A stretch of DNA of 32,000 nt. It comes from Desulfobulbus propionicus DSM 2032. Lineage in GTDB: Bacteria; Desulfobacterota; Desulfobulbia; Desulfobulbales; Desulfobulbaceae. Positions 1 through 10,899 of the stretch are shown here, piece by piece (within the stretch, counting starts at the first letter, position 1; every line of letters begins with the position of its first letter). The position numbers were made by a program, and so were the translations under genes. The notes beneath the pieces were generated by a model. That model had not been told where the DNA came from, did no database searches, and saw only the letters and a list, made by a program, of their open reading frames with translations. Location of the stretch: contig NC_014972.1 of assembly GCF_000186885.1 (NCBI RefSeq), positions 3,180,001 through 3,212,000 of the forward strand. Direction: 5' to 3'.

Positions 1-115
1 TTCCCAGACGCAGATAGCCGCAGCCGCCGAGCACCACACTGCCAGGCACCGAGGTCAGAGTGTCATACGCCTCGGCAAGACTGGAAGCGCGGAGATAGTT
101 GTCGATGCGCAGCAT
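1..115 (-). CDS. Partial CDS (N-terminus only, runs off the window): FAD-binding subunit of a molybdopterin/xanthine-dehydrogenase-like oxidoreductase
   Basis: My minus-strand translation from ATG at 115 reads MLRIDNYLRASSLAEAYDTLTSVPGSVVLGGCGYLRLG, resembling the N-terminus of FAD_binding_5 proteins (x-L-x-x-A-Y ... GG). AGGGGAG Shine-Dalgarno upstream. Confidence 0.6.
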   Translation of the reverse strand, partial: MLRIDNYLRASSLAEAYDTLTSVPGSVVLGGCGYLRLG

Positions 116-355
116 AGGCGTGTACTCCCCTGTGATGGAGGTTGGCTCAGGTCAGGCCATTGGCGTGCAGCAACCTGTGTTCCCTCAGCAATGTCCGCAG
201 CAGTCGGGTCAGAACCGGCCAGGGCTCACCAGGAGCCTAGAGTATAAAATTTTCGCCCGTAATGTGCAGCAACGATCATCAAGAAGCGAACCACCCGCAC
301 ATTTTGCTCCGAACAGCCGAAGGTTCCATGCTCCATCACGCTTCGCCCCTCACCC

Positions 356-1996
<1,641 letters not shown>

Positions 1997-2126
1997 GGAA
2001 ACTCACAGAAAAGGATACAATGCGGGCCGAGGGCTCAGAGGGCCAGGGACTGGTGAACGCAAAAAAGGGCCGCACCATAGTCGGGATCGAAGGCGGGCGC
2101 AAGGGCCGCGTCTTCCGTTTCCAGCG

Positions 2127-3008
2127 TCAAGACCCGGCAGGAACGGAAAAGCGCAGCCGGTACGAACAGCGGCGGCACAGCGGTTCGACCAGCCATTGAT
2201 GGCCCAACCCTTCGCGCATCCGCACGGCCCGGGGGCTGGCCAGGACCTCGTCCAGGGACTGCGCGAAGATGTTGCCCAGGGCAAGCACGCCCTCGGCGTC
2301 GAGACAGCAGGGCACCACCGTGCCGTCGACCAGGATGGCGAGATGATCGCGCAGGCCGCGACAGTGCCCCAGGCGACCGAGGTCGGGGTCATCGGGACGG
2401 GGCCAGGTGAACGGTTCTTCGGGATTGAGAAAGACCCGGGGTGCCAGTGGAATGCCGCGTTCGCTCCGAAGTGCATCGGCGCGGAGGGGAGGATGACCGA
2501 AAGCAGAGGTCAGCCGCTGTAGCAGCCACGGGTTAACCTTCTTCGCCTGCGCCTCCCCTGTCCCCAGATTCCACAGCCGCAGACTGAGATAGAGGCCGGT
2601 GGTCCGGCTCGCCTCCTGGGCAAAATCGAGGACCCCGGCAAGATGGGCCTCCGCGCTCCTCCGTTCCAGATGCGCCAAGCCGTGGAGGGAAATATTGATC
2701 TGGCGCAGGGCAGGGCTGGCGAGCAGGGTCTGCCGATGACGGGCCAGCAAGGTGCCGTTGGTGGTCAGGTTGACACGAAACCCCTGTTCCTGGCAGAGGG
2801 CGAGCAGGCGGTCAAAATGAGGATGGAGCAACGGTTCGCCGAGTACGTGGAGATAGAGATAACGGGTGGCCCCTGCAAGCCGGTGCAGGACTTCGGCAAA
2901 GGCGGTCACCGCCATGGTCCCCTTGGCACGATCGCTGCGGGCGCAAAACGGGCAGGCCAGATTGCAGCGGTTGGTGATTTCGATGTAGATTTTTTTCAAC
3001 GCGGTCAC
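2127..3008 (-). CDS. Radical SAM protein with SPASM-like C-terminal cysteines
   Basis: 293 aa; CNLACPFC (CX3CX2C) near N-terminus; C-terminal GTVVPCCLDAEGVLALGNIF ... CRRCSYR typical of SPASM proteins. Confidence 0.88.
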   Translation of the reverse strand: MTALKKIYIEITNRCNLACPFCARSDRAKGTMAVTAFAEVLHRLAGATRYLYLHVLGEPLLHPHFDRLLALCQEQGFRVNLTTNGTLLARHRQTLLASPALRQINISLHGLAHLERRSAEAHLAGVLDFAQEASRTTGLYLSLRLWNLGTGEAQAKKVNPWLLQRLTSAFGHPPLRADALRSERGIPLAPRVFLNPEEPFTWPRPDDPDLGRLGHCRGLRDHLAILVDGTVVPCCLDAEGVLALGNIFAQSLDEVLASPRAVRMREGLGHQWLVEPLCRRCSYRLRFSVPAGS

Positions 3009-3050
3009 GGAAAAAGGAAAGTCACCACCAGAAATGGCCTCTGTGGTCGC

Positions 3051-4217
3051 TCAGATGAACCGCTGCATCAGGGCATCGCAGATCGGGTCAACGTTTTCCG
3101 GCGTGACCATCCACTGCTCGACATACCGTTGAGCCTGGTCACGCAGGGCGGGATCGAGGCGGTCATCCAACCGCCGGAACAGACCGGTGCGGCGGCCGAT
3201 CTGGTACAGCACCTGTTCCTCCGGGTCCAGGGCGAGGAAGCGGTGGATCACCGCCAGCATCCGCTGCTGGTCATCCGGCAGGACGCCGTCGATCTCCTCG
3301 AACAGGTTGAGGATGTGGTCGCTCCTGATCCGGCTGGTGATGCCGGAGAGTGACTGCAGAAAGAGGAGCAACTCCTCGGCAGTCTCCCGGTCGCCCATCT
3401 TGGCGAACGTGCCGGTTGCCTGCTCGTGGGCCAGTTCCAGGCCCTCGGGCAGGGCCAGGGTACGCAGGCGGATGAAGTCCGGGTTGATCCGGTTCAGGGC
3501 CTCAGCGCTCTCCAGGGCATGCGGGCGAGAGAGCGCCCGCCCGCCGAGACCGGGCATATAGTATTCCGAAAGCTCGATGCCGGCCCCTTTGACCTTGCGG
3601 CCCGCACGCACATGGGTCTCACGGTTCGCGCCCTTGCGGACCCTGGCCAGGACCGCATCGCAGCCGGATTCCAGGCCGATGTGGATGCGGTTGAGCCCGG
3701 CGTCTGCGATGCGTGCCAGGTCGGCATCACGCATACGGGCAATGGTCTGCGAACGGGCGTAGGAGGTGATCCGCTCGATGGCGGGAAAGGCCTCGTTCAG
3801 ATGCGCCAGTATGGCGACCAGATGATCGGGCTTGATGATCAGGCTGTTGGAGTCCTGGAGAAAGACCGACCGGCTGCCGGCCCTCATCCAGTGGCGGGCC
3901 GCGTGCAGGGCCATCTGCTCGCGCCAGTCCGCCCCCCTATCCAAGGAAGGCAGCGCTTGCCCTGTTCGCAGCAACTCGACGAAACGGCGCACCGTGTCGA
4001 TATCGCGCAGCACATGGTCCACCGGCCGCTGGCTGAACGGCTCCCCCTTGTACAGACCGCAGAAGGTGCAGCGGTTCCAGGGACAGTTGCGCGTCACCCG
4101 AAGGAGCAGACTCCCACTCTCGCTGGGCGGCCGGATAGGCCCCTGTTCAAAGCCGAGGTACGGTTCAGGATCTGCATGGTGCAGTTCCCGCAATGGTCCA
4201 TGGTCACAGGCACTCAC
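3051..4217 (-). CDS. Radical SAM protein (SGSLLLRVTRNCPWNRCTFCGLYKG type)
   Basis: 388 aa; radical SAM core with conserved cysteines, HIGLESGCDAVL motif; GTG start overlaps the upstream trkH stop (GTGA). Confidence 0.85.
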   Translation of the reverse strand: MSACDHGPLRELHHADPEPYLGFEQGPIRPPSESGSLLLRVTRNCPWNRCTFCGLYKGEPFSQRPVDHVLRDIDTVRRFVELLRTGQALPSLDRGADWREQMALHAARHWMRAGSRSVFLQDSNSLIIKPDHLVAILAHLNEAFPAIERITSYARSQTIARMRDADLARIADAGLNRIHIGLESGCDAVLARVRKGANRETHVRAGRKVKGAGIELSEYYMPGLGGRALSRPHALESAEALNRINPDFIRLRTLALPEGLELAHEQATGTFAKMGDRETAEELLLFLQSLSGITSRIRSDHILNLFEEIDGVLPDDQQRMLAVIHRFLALDPEEQVLYQIGRRTGLFRRLDDRLDPALRDQAQRYVEQWMVTPENVDPICDALMQRFI

Positions 4218-5670
4218 CGCCTGAACACCCAGAAATCGGGGTGGAGCATGGCGAGAAAGGGAATCAGCTCAAGCCGGCCCACCACCATGTCGACGATAAA
4301 GATAAGCTTGGTCAGATCGGTGAGGTTCCCGAAGGTGCCCATCGGGCCAATGGCGCCATACCCTGGGCCGATATTGCCGATGGTCGCCGCCGTGCCGACG
4401 ATACCGACGGCCGCATCGCCCTCGATGATGCTCACCAGCAGCGAGGAGAGGGTCATCAAGAAGATATAAAAGAGGAGAAAGCCGAGGATTTGGCGCTGGA
4501 TATCGTCAGGCACGGTCACCCGGTCGATCTTGATCGGCAGCACCGCCTTGGGGTGCACGACCTGGGCGATCTCCCGTTTGAGGTATTTGAGCCCGAACAG
4601 GACCCGCACCACCTTGACGCCGCCGCCCGCCGAACCGGCGCAGCCGCCGATCAGCATCACGGTAAAGAGAATGGTCTGTGCCGGGACGGCCCAAAGTCCG
4701 AAATCCACCGAGGCAAAGCCGGTGGTGGTGATGATCGAGGCAATCTGGAAAAAACCGTCGCGCAGCCCGTCGTTGAAGGTGGCCGTGCCGCTGACCACCA
4801 GGGCCGCACAGAGCAGCAGCGACATCAGCACCACGATGGTCGCGTACAGGCGAAACTCCTCGTTGTGCAGCAATGCGCGGATTTTTCCCTGAAACAGTAC
4901 CCGGTACTGGAGGGCGAAGTTGCCGCCTGCAAGAAACATGAACAGGGTGATGATCCAGGTGGCGCTGGCGCTCTGGTAGCCCATGATCGACTGGGGATGG
5001 GGAGAAAAACCGCCGGCCGCCAGGGTGGAGAAAGCGTTGCAGACCGCGTCGAACAGGGGCATGCCGGCAACGCGGAGCAGGATGACCTCAAGCACGGTCA
5101 GGAGGATATAGACCAGCCACAGGGCCTTGGCCGTATGGGTGATGCGCGGAGTGACTTTCTCCTCGGTGGGACCGGGGGCCTCGGCAAAGAACATCTGTCG
5201 CCCGGCCACAGCGAACTGGGGCAGGACGGCGACAAAAAGCACGATGATCCCCATGCCGCCCAGCCACTGACTGAGGCTGCGCCAGAAAAAGAAAGTTTTG
5301 GGATAGGGCGCGAAATCCTTGAGGATCGTGGCCCCGGTGGTGGTGAAGCCGGAGATCGATTCGAAGTAGGCGTCGATCGGCCCCAGGTCATAGAACAGAT
5401 AGGGAATGCCGCCAATGGCTCCGGTGACCACCCAGGCCAGGGACACGATCAGCATTCCCTCGCTGCGTCTCAGTTCATCGAAATCGCGGGAAAACCCCCC
5501 CGCCATTGCAAAATCAGCCCCAAGGCCACGCTGACCCCGCAGGCCACGACAAAGGGAAGGATGGAACCGTATTCCCTCGCCAGCAGGGCCACGCTGATCG
5601 GGGTCAGCATGATGATGCCCAGGGCCACGAGGATGATGCCCAGGGGATTGAAAATCGACGCCAGTTTCAT
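4214..5670 (-). CDS. trkH: Trk-type potassium uptake transmembrane protein TrkH; reading frame changes by -1 at a G7/T4 run (5491-5501)
   Basis: Two ORFs: 5670-5470 (MKLASIFNPLGIILVALGIIMLTPISVALLAREYGS...WRGGF) and 5506-4214 (GGFSRDFDELRRSEGMLIVSLAWVVTGAIGGIPY...). Joined by a -1 shift they form a continuous TrkH protein (SISGFTTTGATI, GGMGI, GGCAGSAGGG). Confidence 0.85.
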
Positions 5671-7004
5671 CGGGTGAAGACCGCCTTGATGGCCTCTGCG
5701 TCCTTGGCCATGGTGAAGATGATCAGCTGATCATCCGGCTGCAACGGGGTGTCGCCGTGGGGAAAGATGACGTTGCGTCCCCGCTTGACCACGCCGATGA
5801 TTGCCCGCGCCGGCAGTTTAAAATCCCGCACCAGGGTTTCGGGAAAGGTTTCCGGCAGGGTCAGCCGCAGCACCTCGCCCTGCCCTCCCTCCACCAGGGC
5901 AAGAATATTGACGTCCTTGGCCTGCAGGCGGTTGAGCAGCTCCTTGAGGGCCGAATCCCGAGGCGAAACCACGACGTCGATGCCCACTCGCTCGAACAGG
6001 GTCGAGTTGCGCACATTACTCACCCGGGTGATGATGCGCTCGCAGCCCAATTGTTTCACCAACAGGGAACAGAGCAGGTTCTTCTCGTCGTTGTTGGTGA
6101 CGCAGACCGTCACGTCGCTGTCGCCGATCGATTCGCCTTCCAGCAGTTCCAGGTCGGTCCCGTCACCCTGGAGGATCAGGCTGTCCTTGAGGTTATCGGC
6201 CAAAAAGATGCAACGGGCCCGATCGTGCTCGATCAGCTTGACCCGGATCCCGGCCTGTTCGAGCTTCTGTGCCAGCATGAAGCCAACGCTGCCGCCGCCA
6301 ATCACGGAAGCCGTCTTGATCTTGCTGACATTCTGGAAGAACTGGGCCGCGAGCGTGTCCAGGGCCGGCCCAGTGCCCATGAAGACCACCTTGTCGTCGG
6401 TTTGGATGGTGGTCGAGCCATTGGGAATAAACAGGCTGTTGTTCCTGGTGATACCGACGATCAGCACATTCTGCGGGAAGGAGCAGTCCATGATCCGTGA
6501 ACCGCGGATAATGGACTGTTCCTTGATGCGGTATTCAAACAGCTTGGCCTTGCCGCGGACAAAATACTCGACATCGATGGCATCGGGGACCATGATGATG
6601 CGGAAGATGTCCTGGGTCAGCAGCTGTTCGGGCCAGATGATGGTGTCGATGTCGTACCGGCTCTGATAGCGGTTCTGGGAGAGCGAGGCCAGGTTGCGAT
6701 AGAGCTCCATCCGGCGAATGAAACAGATGGTTTCCGCCTCGGTGATCTTCTTGGCGGTCCAGCAGGCGACGATATTGGCTTCATCGATCAGGGAGCAGGC
6801 GATGAACAGTTCGGCCTTGGCGGCGTTGGCCCGTTCCAGGACCAGAACATCGGCGCCGTTGCCGGCCACGAAACTGATGTCCAGGTTGCTGAATTTTTCC
6901 GGCAGCCGATCCAGATCGTCGACAATGACGATATTGTGCTTACGGTACAGCTGAGAAGCGACCATGTAACCGGTTTCGGTCGCGCCGTAGATAAGGATGT
7001 TCAT
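5667..7004 (-). CDS. trkA: Trk system potassium transporter TrkA (two TrkA_N/TrkA_C units)
   Basis: MNILIYGATETGYMVASQLYRKHNIVIVDD...; second RCK-like unit IGGGSVGFMLAQKLEQAGIRVKLIEHD. ATG at 7004 has GAGGGA upstream, so it is preferred over the longer ORF start at 7271. Stop overlaps trkH ATG (ATGA). Confidence 0.9.
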   Translation of the reverse strand: MNILIYGATETGYMVASQLYRKHNIVIVDDLDRLPEKFSNLDISFVAGNGADVLVLERANAAKAELFIACSLIDEANIVACWTAKKITEAETICFIRRMELYRNLASLSQNRYQSRYDIDTIIWPEQLLTQDIFRIIMVPDAIDVEYFVRGKAKLFEYRIKEQSIIRGSRIMDCSFPQNVLIVGITRNNSLFIPNGSTTIQTDDKVVFMGTGPALDTLAAQFFQNVSKIKTASVIGGGSVGFMLAQKLEQAGIRVKLIEHDRARCIFLADNLKDSLILQGDGTDLELLEGESIGDSDVTVCVTNNDEKNLLCSLLVKQLGCERIITRVSNVRNSTLFERVGIDVVVSPRDSALKELLNRLQAKDVNILALVEGGQGEVLRLTLPETFPETLVRDFKLPARAIIGVVKRGRNVIFPHGDTPLQPDDQLIIFTMAKDAEAIKAVFTR

Positions 7005-7315
7005 GCAGTCCCTCGTAACAAGGCAACGAAAACGGATTCGCCCGTTGCTGTGGTGGCGCCCTGCCGCCGACAGCGTTTTCGGCGCCACCGCGCCAGCACC
7101 CGTTGGCAAACCGTCCCGTGGCCATGCTTGGGCATACCCCGGGCGCGGAACACAATACTCGACCGGCTGAAAAATACTCACAATCGGAATATTTGTACAG
7201 TGCTTGCCCGTATGCGCAGGAAAATACCGCACCGCGCACCACCGGCCGGGAGGCCGCCCGATTTTGCGCAATCGGCCCTTGGCGGACCGGAGGGGAATCT
7301 GCTATAGAAAAAGCT

Positions 7316-7843
7316 ATGGAACCTTTCATTCGACACGAAGCCGCCGTGGCCACCATCATCACCCGTGACGCGTCCCCGGAGGTCCTGGTCCTCAAACGCC
7401 GGGCCAACCCCAGGGATCCTTGGTCGGGACATTACGCCTTTCCGGGCGGGCGCAGGGACGAGGCCGACCCCTCTCTGTTGGCCACCTGCATCCGTGAGAC
7501 CTATGAGGAATGCGGCATCCAGCTCTCCACCGAGCACCTGATCAAGAAGTACCCCGTCCGCCAGGCGGGCAACCACCTCAATCAGCCAATCCCCGTGACC
7601 ACCTATCTGTTCGAGCTGCCTGAACCGCCGGTTATCCGGCTGCAACGATCGGAAATCAGCTGTCATGAATGGCTTGACCTCGACTATGTCGCCGATGAAT
7701 CAAACATCATCAAGCGACCCATGAGCCCGCGCTGTCCGGATGTGCTCTTTCCCTGCATCCCTGCCAGCGAGGGTTTTGTCTGGGGATTCACCTACGAGAT
7801 GCTGATGGTGGTGATCGCCGACCGTTACGCCCACATTTCCTGA
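7316..7843 (+). CDS. NUDIX hydrolase, CoA pyrophosphatase-like
   Basis: FPGGRRDEADPSLLATCIRETYEECGI resembles the NUDIX box variant of CoA pyrophosphatases; start at ATG 7316 with GGAGGGG upstream rather than 7103. Confidence 0.85.
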   Translation: MEPFIRHEAAVATIITRDASPEVLVLKRRANPRDPWSGHYAFPGGRRDEADPSLLATCIRETYEECGIQLSTEHLIKKYPVRQAGNHLNQPIPVTTYLFELPEPPVIRLQRSEISCHEWLDLDYVADESNIIKRPMSPRCPDVLFPCIPASEGFVWGFTYEMLMVVIADRYAHIS

Positions 7844-7888
7844 AAAATATCTCTATTGCACACAGTTAAGGTAACGGTCAAAGAGCGC

Positions 7889-7917
7889 TTGACTTTTCAG
7901 CCGCTGACTTGTATCAA
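7889..7917 (+). promoter_or_regulatory. Candidate sigma70-type promoter upstream of malate dehydrogenase gene
   Basis: TTGACT (7889-7894), 17-nt spacer, TATCAA (7912-7917). Pattern only. Confidence 0.35.
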
Positions 7918-8209
7918 TAACGGCGGATTTGAAAGGGGACTTGTCTCTTTGGTGGGAGGACCTAAGAATTCTTCGTTTTTCTTCCGTCTCCCGGAGTCGT
8001 GTTTGTCCCGCGACACGCTTCCCGCCCGGTTTCGCGCAGACCATTTCCGCAACACTCCCGCGCTTCAATTCCATCGACAGACATGCTTCACAAAAGGTAC
8101 ACAGCTTCTTGATCGACTTTCCCGTACGGGAAAACGCATGACAACGTTACGGTAGATTGCCAAATTTTTTGGTCTACTAATTGTTCGGTTCAACCACAAG
8201 GAGAAACAA

Positions 8210-9190
8210 ATGAAAGCACCAGTACGTGTAGCAGTAACCGGAGCTGCCGGCCAAATCAGCTATTCCCTCATCTTCCGCATCGCCAGCGGCAGCATGCTCG
8301 GACCTGATCAGCCTGTTATCCTGCAGCTTCTGGAGATCCCCCCGGCAATGGGCGCCCTTCAGGGCGTGTTGATGGAACTCAACGACTGCGCCTTCCCGCT
8401 GGTTGCGGGCGTCATCGCCACCGACGACCCCAACGTGGCCTTCAAGGACATCGACTTCGCCCTGCTGGTCGGTTCCCGTCCCCGTGGTCCGGGCATGGAA
8501 CGCTCCGATCTGCTCAACGCCAACGGCGCCATCTTCACCGTTCAGGGCAAGGCACTGAGCGACAACGCCAAACCCAACGTCAGAGTTCTGGTTGTCGGTA
8601 ACCCCGCCAACACCAACGCATTGATCTGCCTGAAAAATGCGCCGAAACTCAACCCGCGCAACGTCACCGCCATGATGCGTTTGGACCACAACCGGGCCAT
8701 GTCGCAGATCGCTGAAAAAACCGGCACCCACTCCACCAAGGTCGAGAAAGTCGTTGTCTGGGGTAACCATTCCTCCACCCAGTATCCGGACATCAGCTAC
8801 GCCACCGCCGACGGCAAAGCAGTCAAATCGCTGGTCACTGACGAGTGGAACAAGAACGAGTTCATCCCCACCGTTCAGCAGCGCGGTGCAGCCATCATCA
8901 AGGCCCGTGGCGCTTCCTCCGCCGCTTCCGCCGCTTCCGCCGCTGTTGATCACATGCGCAACTGGGCCTTGGGCAGCAACGGTCAGTGGGTCAGCATGGG
9001 CGTGTACAGCAAGGGGAATCCCTACGGTGTTGATCAGGATCTGATCTTCGCGTTCCCGATCACCTGCGAAAACGGCGAGTGGAAAATCGTCGAAGGTCTG
9101 GAGATCAGCGACTACAGCCGCGAAATGATCAAAAAGACCGAAGCCGAACTGCAGAGCGAAAGAGCCGCCGTGGCTGACCACATCAAGTAA
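8210..9190 (+). CDS. mdh: Malate dehydrogenase
   Basis: 326 aa; [70 protein letters not shown]; AAGGAG Shine-Dalgarno region. Confidence 0.96.
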   Translation: MKAPVRVAVTGAAGQISYSLIFRIASGSMLGPDQPVILQLLEIPPAMGALQGVLMELNDCAFPLVAGVIATDDPNVAFKDIDFALLVGSRPRGPGMERSDLLNANGAIFTVQGKALSDNAKPNVRVLVVGNPANTNALICLKNAPKLNPRNVTAMMRLDHNRAMSQIAEKTGTHSTKVEKVVVWGNHSSTQYPDISYATADGKAVKSLVTDEWNKNEFIPTVQQRGAAIIKARGASSAASAASAAVDHMRNWALGSNGQWVSMGVYSKGNPYGVDQDLIFAFPITCENGEWKIVEGLEISDYSREMIKKTEAELQSERAAVADHIK

Positions 9191-9220
9191 GGCGATCTTT
9201 TTTATTCCGCGATTCCCGAA

Positions 9221-9250
9221 GGGGGTGCTCGATGAGCACCCCCTTTTTTT
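9221..9250 (+). terminator. Rho-independent terminator after mdh
   Basis: GGGGGTGCTCgatGAGCACCCCC followed by a T run. Confidence 0.9.
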
Positions 9251-9265
9251 ATCTGTTCGCCTGTC

Positions 9266-9295
9266 TTGACAAAATCGCTCGATGACCGCTACGCT
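9266..9295 (+). promoter_or_regulatory. Candidate promoter for the LysM protein gene
   Basis: TTGACA (9266-9271), 18-nt spacer, TACGCT (9290-9295), directly after the mdh terminator. Confidence 0.3.
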
Positions 9296-9328
9296 CAAGC
9301 AATATCGTCTTTTACCAGGAGCGAATCG

Positions 9329-10243
9329 GTGTCCACTCTTTCAGCCGCACCTCTCAGAGAACTGATCTCGACCGGCCGCATTGTTGAGGCCAGAACCCTG
9401 CTCACCATGGAGCAAACGCTCCTGGACCAGGAGGAATACAGGGCATTGGAACAGGAATTGGATCGGCAATGGCAGGCGGCCAAGGAGCTGGTGACCCAAG
9501 CCGAAACCATGGAGGCCCAGGGGAGGACGGAAGAGGCCAAGTCCCTCTACGAATCCGTATTATCCCAACTCACTGATTATCCAGGCATCCAGGAGCATAT
9601 CAAGCGGATGGACGAGGCCCTTGCCCTGACCAGGGCTGTCCAGCGCCGCAGCCAACGCCGGCGCGAATCCACTGACGATGCCAGGTCGGCTCGCAGACGA
9701 CTGCTTCCCGCACTTCTGGGAACGGGCCTGGCAGGTGCTGCGGCGTTCCTCTTCCTGCTCTTCTTCCGCCCCGCACCGCAGCACTCCCCGCCAGCGCATT
9801 CGCTGCCGGTCACCCAGGAGCCGCCGGTATCGACCGGCACTCTCGAACCGGCGCCCATCGCCACGGTACCCGTCCCCCCCCCTGCACCAGAGGAGGTCAC
9901 GGTACAGCCCTCCGCACCGCCGCCGCCAGTGGTCAACGAACCGGCCACCGCTTCCGATCCGGCAACACAGCCTCCGCCCAGCCCCGAACTGACCGAGCAG
10001 CCACCCGAGCCTTCCGAACCGATAGCCCAAGATCGATACATCGTTCAACCCGGTGATTCGTTGAGCTCGATTGCAACACGGCAGTTTTGCGACCAAGGCG
10101 CATGGAAGACCCTCTACCGCCTCAACAAACACCTCGTCTCCGACCCAAAAAAATTACGTCCAGGCATGGAATTAAGCCTGGCAGGCATGAAAAGCCGCTG
10201 CCCGGATGTGTTGAAGACCGCCCCGTCAGAACCGCCGCGCTAG
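9329..10243 (+). CDS. Membrane-anchored LysM-domain protein with Pro-rich linker
   Basis: N-terminal helical region, TM segment (LLPALLGTGLAGAAAFLFLLFF), Pro-rich linker, C-terminal DRYIVQPGDSLSSIATRQFCDQGAWKTLYRLNKHLVSDPKKLRPGMEL LysM-like. GTG at 9329 has AGGAG at good spacing; the tracked ORF start at 9266 is a TTG that overlaps the putative -35. Confidence 0.75.
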   Translation: MSTLSAAPLRELISTGRIVEARTLLTMEQTLLDQEEYRALEQELDRQWQAAKELVTQAETMEAQGRTEEAKSLYESVLSQLTDYPGIQEHIKRMDEALALTRAVQRRSQRRRESTDDARSARRRLLPALLGTGLAGAAAFLFLLFFRPAPQHSPPAHSLPVTQEPPVSTGTLEPAPIATVPVPPPAPEEVTVQPSAPPPPVVNEPATASDPATQPPPSPELTEQPPEPSEPIAQDRYIVQPGDSLSSIATRQFCDQGAWKTLYRLNKHLVSDPKKLRPGMELSLAGMKSRCPDVLKTAPSEPPR

Positions 10244-10899
10244 TTGGCTTGTCGCCAGTCGAAGGGGGCTCGGGAAACAAACTCCATCGGCCGATACGTT
10301 GCTGGATGGAGAAAATGCAACCGGGTTGCATGCAGTTTAAGCGAATCTCCGTCCCTTCCCGCGCCGTAGAGACGATCGCCGACAATGGGGCAGCCCAATC
10401 CCAGGGGATGGCTGGCATGGAGACGGAGTTGGTGCGTGCGACCGGTCTGGGGAATAAATTCCACCAGGGTGCGCTGCCCACGTATTTCGATCCTGCGCCA
10501 GTGACTCACGCCCATCTTTCCTCGGACCGCGTCGTACACCTGATGAGGGCGATTGTCCGGATCCAGACGAAAAGCCAGGCAGATTTCTCCTTTTTCCCCG
10601 CTCACCACTCCTTCCAACAGGGCAAGATACTGTTTTTCCACCCGGCGCTCGGCAAATTGACGTGAGAGATGGCGGTGGGCAGCGCCGGTGAGGCCAAGGA
10701 CCATCACCCCCGCAGTGTCCATGTCCAGCCGATGAACCGCTGGCTGCTCGATGCACCACGGCACCATCTGCCGCAATCTGCTGACAACACAATCCTGCTT
10801 GTCTGGCCCCCGACCGGGAACGGCCAGCAGGCCACCCGGTTTGTCGACAACCGCCAATTCCTTGTCAAGATAAAGCACGGACAACGATTGCGTGGTCAT
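10240..10899 (-). CDS. RluA-family pseudouridine synthase catalytic domain
   Basis: VVDKPGGLLAVPG, AVHRLDMDTAGVMVLGLT, IPQTGRTHQLRLHASHPLGLGCPIVGDRLYG. Start at ATG 10899. Confidence 0.9.
   Translation of the reverse strand: MTTQSLSVLYLDKELAVVDKPGGLLAVPGRGPDKQDCVVSRLRQMVPWCIEQPAVHRLDMDTAGVMVLGLTGAAHRHLSRQFAERRVEKQYLALLEGVVSGEKGEICLAFRLDPDNRPHQVYDAVRGKMGVSHWRRIEIRGQRTLVEFIPQTGRTHQLRLHASHPLGLGCPIVGDRLYGAGRDGDSLKLHATRLHFLHPATYRPMEFVSRAPFDWRQAN

Noticed and set aside
4193-5677. 494-aa plus-strand ORF opposite trkH
   Set aside because: His/Asp/Gly-rich shadow ORF antisense to TrkH. Its openness is not evidence of a gene.
8177-9298. 373-aa minus-strand ORF opposite mdh
   Set aside because: Fully antisense to a clear malate dehydrogenase; composition is low-complexity and typical of high-GC shadow ORFs.
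10087-10665. 192-aa plus-strand ORF after the LysM gene
   Set aside because: Overlaps the LysM protein end out of frame and is antisense to the RluA domain gene.
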